64,000 bases of DNA from an uncultured Bacteroidales bacterium (GTDB taxonomy: Bacteria; Bacteroidota; Bacteroidia; Bacteroidales; FEN-979): positions 10,671-74,670 of the forward strand of contig CAISJJ010000068.1 of assembly GCA_903885595.1 (NCBI GenBank). Reading direction: 5' to 3'. This document shows, piece by piece, positions 52,679-61,075 of the stretch. Numbering within the stretch: position 1 is the first letter of the stretch; the number at the start of each line of letters is the position of its first letter. The translations under genes were made by a program, and so were the position numbers. Below the pieces are notes generated by a model. It had not been told where the DNA came from, ran no database searches, and worked only from the letters and a program-made list of their open reading frames with translations.

Positions 52679-55339
52679 CTAGATTATGTTCTTTTCATGA
52701 AACCGGAAAGTCAAAATCTGTTTCATCGTTCTTCTGAATTTAGACCTATGGCGCGGAAGTTCACCAAAGATGGCATCAAGGTATATCAATTCTACCCCAT
52801 TGAGAACGATTTGCGTATTTTGCTTGAAGAGTGGAATGAAGGCATTCAATGCCGTACTATCGGCAGTGGTCCATGAACGGTTTGCCCTTGTGACAAGTAA
52901 GGAGAAATCGAATTGCCGGATGAATTCCAGTGGGTATGGATTATTAATCAGGGAAGGTATTTCGACAAAAATATAATCAAAACTCTCCAAATCAATATGT
53001 TCATATCCGACCATCAAGGTTGCGAGGTCCTTTGCATCAAAGAAATTTTCTTTTATCGAATACTGGATCTCATCTTCGGCTGGAGGGATCAGTTCCCCAC
53101 CGGCAATATAGCTTGGATTTCCGCCTGTCTCCTTGACATAATTCAAGAACAGCACATTTTCACCAAATGATTTGAGTTTTCTGCTGAGTTCTCTACCGAT
53201 ACTGGTCTTGCCTTCTGAGTCGCGTGTACTGAAAAGAAGGATCATCACCGGCTTTTTATACTGTGTAATATTGGCTCTGACCAGGGCCAATTTAACATTT
53301 TGAGCCAATATTTCAACCAATCTTGGAATGATGAATCCGATGTCAACCGCATAAATTTGTTTTGCAATCTGGGGATAGACCCCGGCGACTTTGAGTTTAA
53401 TAAAGCGTTCAGCTCTTTCAGGTGTTTTGATCGTTGTATCAAACAATTCCATTGCAAGCAGCAAGGCTACAACCAGAATGAACCCGACGAAAGCGGCAAG
53501 GAGAACAAGTAACAGCATTTTTGACCTGATAGGGTTCAATGGGTAATAAGGAGGGTCGACTACCTTTATATTGGTTCTCAATTCATCATCCTGTTGTCGT
53601 AGTTTTGCCAGGTTCAGATCATGAAGCAGTTGTAAAAACTCACTTTCCGTAACGGCGATCAATCGTTCGATACGTTTCATTTCAGCTCCAAGGGGCGCAA
53701 ACACTTCATAAACATGCTGGAAATATTTTTTCCGTTCGGCTAAAACCCTGAATGCAGCTCTGCTTTCTTCATATGCGATGACATTTTTAAGCCATGCATC
53801 CAGTAATTCCTTGGTTGGTAATCCTTCAACACTGTTGACTACAAGGTACAAGCGGTCGATATTATCCTTTATAGCTTGTTTAATATTTTCTACCCTCGCT
53901 TTCAAACCCTCCACCTGGAGGATTGTTGCGGAATCGTTGCCAAGATCGATCTCAATGTTAGCTATCTGCATGGTAGTCTCCGACAATTCGTTTCGTAATC
54001 GGAGTATTGCGCTGGTGTTCAGCGAAAGTTTGGCATGGGCTTCCAGCTTTTTTTCAATGATTTTGATTGCAGCATCCGAAGAGGCGAAGGCAATTTGTTT
54101 GTTTTGAAGCGCAACGTCAAGTTCTTCCTTGGTTATGGCGATGATTTTTGTTTGCTCGTAATAGTTGATGATGTTGTTGCGCTCATTGAAAATCAACAGG
54201 TCGTTTTCGGCCTTTTTAAGCCTGCGTGCAGCATCCTCCAGCTGTCGCTTAAAATACTGGATTACTGCATCTGTTTGATTTTGCTTAAGCAATTTATAAT
54301 TTGCAATAAAAACGCGTGTTAAAAAGATGAGGGTTTGCTGGCAAATTCCCGGATCAGGGTTGGTGTAGGTCAATTTGACCAGGTCACTGCTCTGGATCCT
54401 GTATATGCCTATTGTTGAAAGAACCTTAATGCTGTAAAACCGGTCTTCCTCTGAACTCCATAATTTATAGATGAAATTATAATTATTCTGATGCCCGTAA
54501 GCCAGCAGCCTTTTAACGATTCTATCAAAAGCAGATGAATCCTGGGTTCCTCTTGTAACAGTGACCAGGGTATCGCTGCTGATAAAATAGTCATTTACTG
54601 AAGAGGATGAATCTCCTGCGGGTGAAGGCTCCGGTTCATATTCCTCTTCAGGTGCGGGAGAGGCCTCCGGTAAATTTTCAATACTGCTGACCAGGAGTTT
54701 TTGTCCGACCGAAATACTGTTGCCCCTTAAATCATTGTACGACATCAATTCGTCCACATTCAATCCATTTGCTTTGGCAATTGAGTACATCGTTTCGCCT
54801 CGCCTGACCACATGATATTTTTTATTTTCATTTGAACGGGAGCGTGACTGGGAATATTCTCCGTTTTGTTCGTTCAGATCATTCTGGTACAGCGACGTGT
54901 CAATTCTGGAGGTTTGCTTTGAAGGAGGGCGGTAATAACGTTTATCATTTCGTTTTGCTTTTTTTACGATATCAACAACATCGGCCGGAACTTTTGCAAG
55001 CAGTTCGTCGTAGTTTTCTTTTGAAATATAACGTGGATCAGCATGATCCAGCAAAAGATGTTGTGCAAGCAGACAAACCGAAACTTCCTCGAGTGTTTGT
55101 CTTGATTTAATAAGGTTGATGAGATTGTCAAACGAAGCAGCCGTTGCCATATAATCGACGGTAGCTTGCTGCTGAACAGAGTAGCCCGATGTAACCCCGG
55201 TATATATTGTCGTTTCGGATACATACGACCATTGACTTTTCCTGGTTAGAATAAAAACAACCGCGGCTATGATCAGAGGGACCAGAATCAGCAAAAGAAT
55301 ATGCCTCTGAAGTAACTTTAGGAAATAAATAATTTTCAT
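52679..55339 (-). CDS. polysaccharide co-polymerase / chain-length determinant (Wzc/GumC-like) with an inserted LysM domain and a degenerate C-terminal P-loop domain
   Basis: 886 aa. It has an N-terminal TM, a Wzz-like start (SYVSETTIY), LysM at aa 175-217 (YHVVRRGETMYSIAKANGLNVDELMSYNDLRGNSISVGQKLLV, nt 54689-54817), a long coiled-coil region and a second TM (LLLVLLAAFVGFILVVALLLA). The C-terminal Walker-A-like motif is FSTRDSEGKTS, and there is no Tyr-rich tail. Confidence 0.75.
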   Translation of the reverse strand: MKIIYFLKLLQRHILLLILVPLIIAAVVFILTRKSQWSYVSETTIYTGVTSGYSVQQQATVDYMATAASFDNLINLIKSRQTLEEVSVCLLAQHLLLDHADPRYISKENYDELLAKVPADVVDIVKKAKRNDKRYYRPPSKQTSRIDTSLYQNDLNEQNGEYSQSRSRSNENKKYHVVRRGETMYSIAKANGLNVDELMSYNDLRGNSISVGQKLLVSSIENLPEASPAPEEEYEPEPSPAGDSSSSVNDYFISSDTLVTVTRGTQDSSAFDRIVKRLLAYGHQNNYNFIYKLWSSEEDRFYSIKVLSTIGIYRIQSSDLVKLTYTNPDPGICQQTLIFLTRVFIANYKLLKQNQTDAVIQYFKRQLEDAARRLKKAENDLLIFNERNNIINYYEQTKIIAITKEELDVALQNKQIAFASSDAAIKIIEKKLEAHAKLSLNTSAILRLRNELSETTMQIANIEIDLGNDSATILQVEGLKARVENIKQAIKDNIDRLYLVVNSVEGLPTKELLDAWLKNVIAYEESRAAFRVLAERKKYFQHVYEVFAPLGAEMKRIERLIAVTESEFLQLLHDLNLAKLRQQDDELRTNIKVVDPPYYPLNPIRSKMLLLVLLAAFVGFILVVALLLAMELFDTTIKTPERAERFIKLKVAGVYPQIAKQIYAVDIGFIIPRLVEILAQNVKLALVRANITQYKKPVMILLFSTRDSEGKTSIGRELSRKLKSFGENVLFLNYVKETGGNPSYIAGGELIPPAEDEIQYSIKENFFDAKDLATLMVGYEHIDLESFDYIFVEIPSLINNPYPLEFIRQFDFSLLVTRANRSWTTADSTALNAFIPLFKQNTQIVLNGVELIYLDAIFGELPRHRSKFRRTMKQILTFRFHEKNII

Positions 55340-56148
55340 TAATCAATTTTATTTATTACGTTAAATTTTATGCCGGCAAACTCCTGCAGGAGCATGTAGG
55401 CATTATAGAAATTAAACCGCGATTCTTCATAGTCGGTAACTGCCTTACGATACATTTCATTGATGTAAGCCAATTCATATAGCGTGATCTGACCGTTGAG
55501 AAATTCTTTATCACCCATCTCTTTTTGAAGCGCCTGGGCATAAATATTTTCATTGGCAATTTTAAGAATACGTTGATTAACGATAAGCTGGTTATATTGA
55601 ACGATAATTAATTTCCGTAATTCAATTATTTGGTTGTCTTTGATTGCCATTGATTTTTCGACCTCTTTTGTTGCGGTTTTTATCCTGTTTTTACGATCCC
55701 AGAAGTCATCCATCGGCAAACGCACACTTACGCTGACAAGCGCCCGGTTATTGTCCTGGTACGATTGAAAGGTATTGCTGATTATCACCGGATTGGATAC
55801 ATCAAAATTCTGTGTATATGAATCCCAATAGTCTGTTTGTAACAATCCATCAATAAATAAATTCTGCATCCATTCCCTTTTGGCAGTTTTGATTTTATAT
55901 TTCCAGATAGCAATGTCTGCATCCTGCGACCGCAGTAAAGGAGAATTTACGATAGCGCTGTCAATAAGGTCTTCCAGCGGAGGAATGCGTAAGGTTATGT
56001 CATCCACAAACGGGTTGAATGTCGCGGCTGAATCCTGGTTGTTGCTGGAACCCTGAAAGAATCCTTGTCCAAAGAATAAAAGTGGAGAACAAAATAGAAT
56101 TAGGACCAATAAAAATGTATGTCTTGTTTTCATATCCACTTGTTGCAT
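55339..56148 (-). CDS. secreted half-size TolC/OEP-like protein (single outer-membrane-efflux-protein repeat)
   Basis: 269 aa with a signal peptide. The pattern LEDLIDSAIVNSPLLRSQDADIAIWKYKIKTAKREW....L, then RLPM.D...R...I..A..E.......... and ...F..G.IT..EL........A...Y......F....LLQEFAGI, follows one OEP repeat. That is about half the length of canonical TolC-family proteins. Confidence 0.5.
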   Translation of the reverse strand: MQQVDMKTRHTFLLVLILFCSPLLFFGQGFFQGSSNNQDSAATFNPFVDDITLRIPPLEDLIDSAIVNSPLLRSQDADIAIWKYKIKTAKREWMQNLFIDGLLQTDYWDSYTQNFDVSNPVIISNTFQSYQDNNRALVSVSVRLPMDDFWDRKNRIKTATKEVEKSMAIKDNQIIELRKLIIVQYNQLIVNQRILKIANENIYAQALQKEMGDKEFLNGQITLYELAYINEMYRKAVTDYEESRFNFYNAYMLLQEFAGIKFNVINKID

Positions 56149-56160
56149 TTTACGGTGTCG

Positions 56161-57393
56161 CTAGACATTTTCTTTTTGAATGAATACTGCGAATGTTCTG
56201 ATAATTAACTTTATATCTGTCCAAAATGAACTGTGTTCTGCATAATAATTATCAAGGGCAAATCTTTCCTCTTCCGACATTGTCCCTTTTGTACCGCGTT
56301 TTTCCACTTGCCAGAGTCCGGTAAGTCCGGCGGCAGCCCTGAAGCGTCGGCTCCATTTCTTTTTTGTCAGGGCCTCGGCTTCATTTAGTGGCAGGGGGCG
56401 GTTCCCGACAATTGACATATCTCCTTTCAGAATGTTGAATAATTGGGGCAATTCATCAATACTGGTCATTCGTATGAATTTTCCGACTTTCGTAATCCTC
56501 GGATCGTCCTTGATTTTCAGGAACGCCTTTTTTGCACTGCGTCGTTTGTTGGCCAGGCGTTCGCAAATTTCTTCCCCGTCATAATAAACAATTGGCGAAC
56601 AAGTGTTACCAGCAGGCAATTTGGCACATTCTGTACAGGATACCTCAACCGATTCACTGATATATTGATTCAGATGGGCGACATCTTTAATCCGTGCATC
56701 GGCATCGGGATACATCGAGCGGAACTTATAAAAATCAAAAATTTTATAGTTGGATCCGACACGTTTGGCAATATAATAAACTTTTCCCCTTGATTCAATC
56801 ATAATCGCAATGACGGCAAGCAACATGATGGGCGACAGGATAAGAAGTGCGAAAAGTGCAATGATTATATCGAAAATGCGCTTCGGTAAAGGTGTTTTAT
56901 ATGGCGTCATATCTTCATCCTGCAACGACATTGGCTTTGGAACATATTCTGTCTTGAATTTGTTCAGGAAAAGAATTCTGCTATGCAAATTATCAACATC
57001 TAATTTTTTATAATAAAAATCGTCAACGCCCATGTTGAAGGCCTCTTGTTTGATAACATCATCCCTGAAAAAGGATATAATGATAAAAGGGGTTTTGGGA
57101 TAGACCTTATTCAGTTTCAGTTTACGGAAAAACAATAACGCATTGATGCCGGGCAGTACAAATTCAGTAACAATGGCATCAATTTTTTGTTTTTCCTGAT
57201 AGACCTTTTCGAAACGGGTATCCTGGTCAAGGTCAAAAAGGTTAAACTGGTTATCTGTTAACCAATGGAGCGCAGCCAGCCCATTCGGTAGGTGTGTGAC
57301 GCTAAATAAATCGCTTTTTTCGAAAAGATCAATGGATTGCTGATCGTTTCCAATATAAAGGATTTTCAAACATCTGGCGGCATCTTCATCCAT
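56161..57393 (-). CDS. priming sugar-phosphate transferase (bacterial sugar transferase / WbaP-EpsE type) fused to an N-terminal atypical receiver-like domain
   Basis: 410 aa. The C-terminal part is KRIFDIIIALFALLILSPIMLLAVIAIMIESRGKVYY...RVG.....F..YKFRSM......DELPQLFNILKGDMSIVGNRP. The N-terminal about 150 aa aligns by eye to a CheY-like fold, with the acidic pair reading ND and the phospho-acceptor position reading Glu (VTEFVLPG, Glu77 codon 57163-57165). Confidence 0.85.
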   Translation of the reverse strand: MDEDAARCLKILYIGNDQQSIDLFEKSDLFSVTHLPNGLAALHWLTDNQFNLFDLDQDTRFEKVYQEKQKIDAIVTEFVLPGINALLFFRKLKLNKVYPKTPFIIISFFRDDVIKQEAFNMGVDDFYYKKLDVDNLHSRILFLNKFKTEYVPKPMSLQDEDMTPYKTPLPKRIFDIIIALFALLILSPIMLLAVIAIMIESRGKVYYIAKRVGSNYKIFDFYKFRSMYPDADARIKDVAHLNQYISESVEVSCTECAKLPAGNTCSPIVYYDGEEICERLANKRRSAKKAFLKIKDDPRITKVGKFIRMTSIDELPQLFNILKGDMSIVGNRPLPLNEAEALTKKKWSRRFRAAAGLTGLWQVEKRGTKGTMSEEERFALDNYYAEHSSFWTDIKLIIRTFAVFIQKENV

Positions 57394-57399
57394 AAAATA

Positions 57400-57798
57400 C
57401 TAGTTCCCCCTGCGTTGCGAGTATAAGTCCTTAAATTCCAGTCGCCGTTTTATTCTGGCAATCAATTCTTTGGGATTAAATGGTTTAAGCACATAATCGT
57501 CAGCTCCCATTTCAAAGCACTTAATTTTATCTGCGCTCTCTTCCTTCCCTGAAAGCATTATCAGCGGAATTTCATCAAAGAAGCCGCTTTCCCTGATCCT
57601 TCGAATAAACTCAAAACCATTTAAAACGGGCATTTCGACATCACAAATAATAACATCAGGAAGGTTCCCGGTCTGCAAATAGAAAAGGGCATCCATTCCA
57701 TTACTTATCGAAGTGACTTCGAAGTCCTTGTTAAAGGTATTTTCGATGATAAACCGGATACTCTTTTCATCATCAATCGCGAGTATCTTTTTCTTCAT
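57400..57798 (-). CDS. single-domain response regulator (CheY-like receiver)
   Basis: 132 aa with canonical residues: ILAIDDE, DVIICDVEMPVLNG, LIMLSG, VLKPF. Confidence 0.9.
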   Translation of the reverse strand: MKKKILAIDDEKSIRFIIENTFNKDFEVTSISNGMDALFYLQTGNLPDVIICDVEMPVLNGFEFIRRIRESGFFDEIPLIMLSGKEESADKIKCFEMGADDYVLKPFNPKELIARIKRRLEFKDLYSQRRGN

Positions 57799-57817
57799 GA
57801 AATCTTATTTTGGTAAG

Positions 57818-57825
57818 CAAATATA
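57818..57825 (-). promoter_or_regulatory. candidate -7 promoter box TATATTTG (minus strand) heading the glycan super-operon
   Basis: Matches TAnnTTTG and lies 20 nt upstream of the receiver gene ATG at 57798. It is the only sizeable upstream spacer (94 nt) of the block. Confidence 0.4.
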
Positions 57826-57892
57826 TTCAAATATGTATAAAACGCAGAAAATAGATATTAACAAAAAAAAAAAGTTATTTACTAAAATGCTT

Positions 57893-59932
57893 TCACGGAC
57901 TATCCTGAATGGTCAGTTTTTCCAGTCTTTCATTCAGAATCTTCAGTTGATCCCGCAACCGGGCTGCTTCAAGGAAATCAAGGCCCTTAACTGCATCCTC
58001 CATTGCCTTGCGGTTTTTACCGATATATTTCTGAAGTTTTTCCCTTGATAAATACTGAATTAAAGGGTCTGCAGCGATATCGGAATAGTCTTTTTCAATG
58101 TATGCTGCGGGGGAATGTGATTTTCCATTTGCAACCGCTGTCTGACCGAGAATTTCATGTGTGCTTTTCATGATCTGGGTAGGGGAAATGTTATTTATTT
58201 CATTGTACCTTATCTGCTTTTCCCTCCTGCGGTTCGTTTCATTCATCATCCGTTTCATCGATTCGGTGATCTTGTCGGCATACATGATCACCTTGCTGTT
58301 AATGTTGCGTGCAGCGCGTCCTGCTGTCTGGGTCAGGGACCGTTCCGATCGCAGGAAGCCTTCTTTATCTGCATCGAGTATAGCCACCAGCGAAACTTCG
58401 GGGAGGTCAAGCCCTTCGCGCAGAAGGTTCACCCCCACCAGTACGTCGAACGCTCCGAGCCGTAAATTTCTTAAAATTTCCACCCTTTCGAGCGTATCAA
58501 CATCAGCATGAATGTAGCGGCATCGGATGCCTACTTTTGTCATATAATTAGTAAGTTCTTCTGCCATCCGTTTTGTAAGGGTTGTGACCAGGGTTCGCTC
58601 ATTTTTTTTCAAACGCTGATCAATCTCTTCCAAAAGGTCGTCAATCTGGCGTAAACTAGGTCTGACCTCAACGAAGGGGTCAAGTAATCCGGTTGGACGG
58701 ATGAGTTGCTCCACCATGACACCTTCACACTGCTGCAGTTCAAAATCGGCAGGGGTGGCACTTACATAGATGGTCTGATTTACCATGGTCTCAAATTCGT
58801 CAAATTTTAATGGTCTGTTGTCCATCGCCGAAGGGAGCCTGAACCCATACTCCACCAGGGTTTGTTTGCGTGACCGGTCCCCCCCGTACATGGCCCTGAT
58901 TTGCGGAATCGTCACGTGACTTTCATCAATCACCATCAGGAAATCGTCGGGAAAAAAATCAAGCAGGCAGAAAGGGCGGGAACCGGAAGCCCGGCCGTCG
59001 AAATATCTCGAATAGTTTTCAATTCCGGAACAATAACCAAGTTCTCGCATCATTTCAATATCATAACTGACCCGGTCTTCAAGTCTTTTTGCCTCCAGCT
59101 CTTTGCCGTTTTCCCTGAAAAAGGCGCATTGCCTGATCAGGTCATCCTGTATTTCAACCAATGCTTCGCGCATCTTATCCTGTGAAGTAACGAAAATATT
59201 GGCCGGGTAGAGTGTCATCAATTCCATTGACTCAATTTTGCGTCCGGTCAACGGATCGAACGACTCCATTGTCTCCACTTCATTTCCAAAGAAAATAACC
59301 CGGTATGCTACATCGAGATAGGCCGGGAATATATCGACAGAATCACCCTTAACCCTGAACCTTCCCCGTGTGAAATCTCCTTCTGTCCGGGAATACAGGC
59401 TGTTGACCAGCGATTGCAGGAGTTTTTTACGCCCAACCTGATCCCCGGTTTTAATACGGATTACATTCTGATTGAAATCATCCGGGTTCCCAATGCCATA
59501 AATGCAGGAAACAGAAGATACGACGATGATATCACGTCTGCCCGACAACAGGGCGGAAGATGCGCTCAACCTTAGTTTTTCAATCTCTTCATTGATCGAA
59601 AGATCTTTTTCGATATACGTATTTGTAACAGGAATAAATGCTTCGGGCTGGTAATAATCATAGTAGGAAACAAAAAATTCCACCGAGTTCTCAGGAAAAA
59701 ACTGTTTGAATTCCCCATACAGTTGTGCCGCAAGCGTCTTGTTATGGCTGAAAACCAGGGTAGGCTTCTGAACCTGCTGGATCACATTGGCAATGGTAAA
59801 TGTCTTGCCGGAACCCGTTACCCCATTTAAAACCTGTGAAGGATCGCCCCTGTGAATGCCTTCCACAAGTTGCCTGATCGCCTCTGGCTGATCTCCGGTT
59901 GGTATGAATTCGGAGGTGAGTTTGAAATCCAA
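57893..59932 (-). CDS. uvrB: excinuclease ABC subunit B
   Basis: 679 aa. Contains GVTGSGKT, DESH and helicase motifs, and a C-terminal UVR domain (LEAARLRDQL). Confidence 0.95.
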   Translation of the reverse strand: MDFKLTSEFIPTGDQPEAIRQLVEGIHRGDPSQVLNGVTGSGKTFTIANVIQQVQKPTLVFSHNKTLAAQLYGEFKQFFPENSVEFFVSYYDYYQPEAFIPVTNTYIEKDLSINEEIEKLRLSASSALLSGRRDIIVVSSVSCIYGIGNPDDFNQNVIRIKTGDQVGRKKLLQSLVNSLYSRTEGDFTRGRFRVKGDSVDIFPAYLDVAYRVIFFGNEVETMESFDPLTGRKIESMELMTLYPANIFVTSQDKMREALVEIQDDLIRQCAFFRENGKELEAKRLEDRVSYDIEMMRELGYCSGIENYSRYFDGRASGSRPFCLLDFFPDDFLMVIDESHVTIPQIRAMYGGDRSRKQTLVEYGFRLPSAMDNRPLKFDEFETMVNQTIYVSATPADFELQQCEGVMVEQLIRPTGLLDPFVEVRPSLRQIDDLLEEIDQRLKKNERTLVTTLTKRMAEELTNYMTKVGIRCRYIHADVDTLERVEILRNLRLGAFDVLVGVNLLREGLDLPEVSLVAILDADKEGFLRSERSLTQTAGRAARNINSKVIMYADKITESMKRMMNETNRRREKQIRYNEINNISPTQIMKSTHEILGQTAVANGKSHSPAAYIEKDYSDIAADPLIQYLSREKLQKYIGKNRKAMEDAVKGLDFLEAARLRDQLKILNERLEKLTIQDSP

Positions 59933-59943
59933 CTTTATTCGTT

Positions 59944-61059
59944 TTAATGGTTAAAAAACATGGTTGTGGTAACCGGAAAATGATCTGATAAATCCACATC
60001 AATTTTTTTATAGGTTAAAGCCTGAAATTCCCTGGAATGAAGAATGTAGTCAATCCTGAAGGATGGCAGTTTTCCTGCATAGGTTCCGTCGAAAAATCCA
60101 TGGCCGGCCTCCCTGTATGAATCTGTCAAACGGTCGGTTAATTGCTGATAGGTATAGGAAGAGGGCACATCATTAAAATCTCCTGAAAGGATTACCGGGT
60201 ATGGACACGACGCAATATGATCAGCAAGGATTCTAACTTGTTTTGATCTCGTTATGAAGGCTTTCCTGATTTTCCACATCATGCGCTTTGACCCGGCTTT
60301 AAGGGGGGTTGCCTCTTTATCAGGATCGGTCAGCTGTGCATAGAAGGAATAATCGTCATTACCAAAACGGATTGATTCAAGATGCAGGTTGTAAACCCTG
60401 ACTGTATCTCCCCGCAGAACGATATCGGAAAAAAGCGCAAATAAAAGATGGTCCTGCAACTGAAAATAACCGGTATTGACAATAGGGTGATGCGAAAATG
60501 TTGCAATTGCAACTATTTTCTTTTTATTATAGAAATCCTTGTAATTCTTAAACGCAAAATAATCCATTTTTATGGCTCTGGAAAATTTTTCAAGAGTTTT
60601 GGTAAAGTCATCCCCGATGGCAAAAAATTCCTGAACGGAAATAATATCAGCTGATTGTTCTGTCAGAAACTCCATGATTTTGCTCCTTGTCTCGGGTATA
60701 CTTTCAGCACGTTGATTGCCATAAAAGTGGTGAACATTGAAGCTGACCAGCTTTATCGGCGGCCCTGCCAGAGATTTCCGGACTGCAAAATGCACCGGAT
60801 AGATGGTAAGGAGATTATTCCATCCGATAAGGATTGAGATCAATGAAATAAAGATGAATTTGTTCCAAAGCACGAGCCATAAAATGACAAATAACAAATT
60901 TAGTATCAGAAAAACCGGATAGGCCAGGCCGAAAAAAGCAAAAAACCAAAACTTGTCCGGACTAATATATCCTGCGGCATAGGAGGAAAACAATCCGATC
61001 ACGGCCAATAAGTTTATGAATAATAGAAACTTAAAGAAAAATGATCGTTTCATTTTCAT
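59944..61059 (-). CDS. membrane-anchored endonuclease/exonuclease/phosphatase (EEP) family protein
   Basis: 371 aa with three N-terminal TM helices. The EEP motifs are SFNV, SVQE, GDFN and the C-terminal SDHFPV. Confidence 0.8.
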   Translation of the reverse strand: MKMKRSFFFKFLLFINLLAVIGLFSSYAAGYISPDKFWFFAFFGLAYPVFLILNLLFVILWLVLWNKFIFISLISILIGWNNLLTIYPVHFAVRKSLAGPPIKLVSFNVHHFYGNQRAESIPETRSKIMEFLTEQSADIISVQEFFAIGDDFTKTLEKFSRAIKMDYFAFKNYKDFYNKKKIVAIATFSHHPIVNTGYFQLQDHLLFALFSDIVLRGDTVRVYNLHLESIRFGNDDYSFYAQLTDPDKEATPLKAGSKRMMWKIRKAFITRSKQVRILADHIASCPYPVILSGDFNDVPSSYTYQQLTDRLTDSYREAGHGFFDGTYAGKLPSFRIDYILHSREFQALTYKKIDVDLSDHFPVTTTMFFNH

Positions 61060-61075
61060 ATAAACTCCAGTTTGA

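Noticed and set aside
52529-52876. 115-aa plus-strand ORF across the Wzx/PCP junction
   Set aside because: It is antisense to both genes of a tightly coupled operon and has no motif.
57841-57895. uvrB Rho-independent terminator using the T11 run
   Set aside because: No GC-rich hairpin precedes the T-run on the minus strand, so it does not fit the canonical terminator structure.
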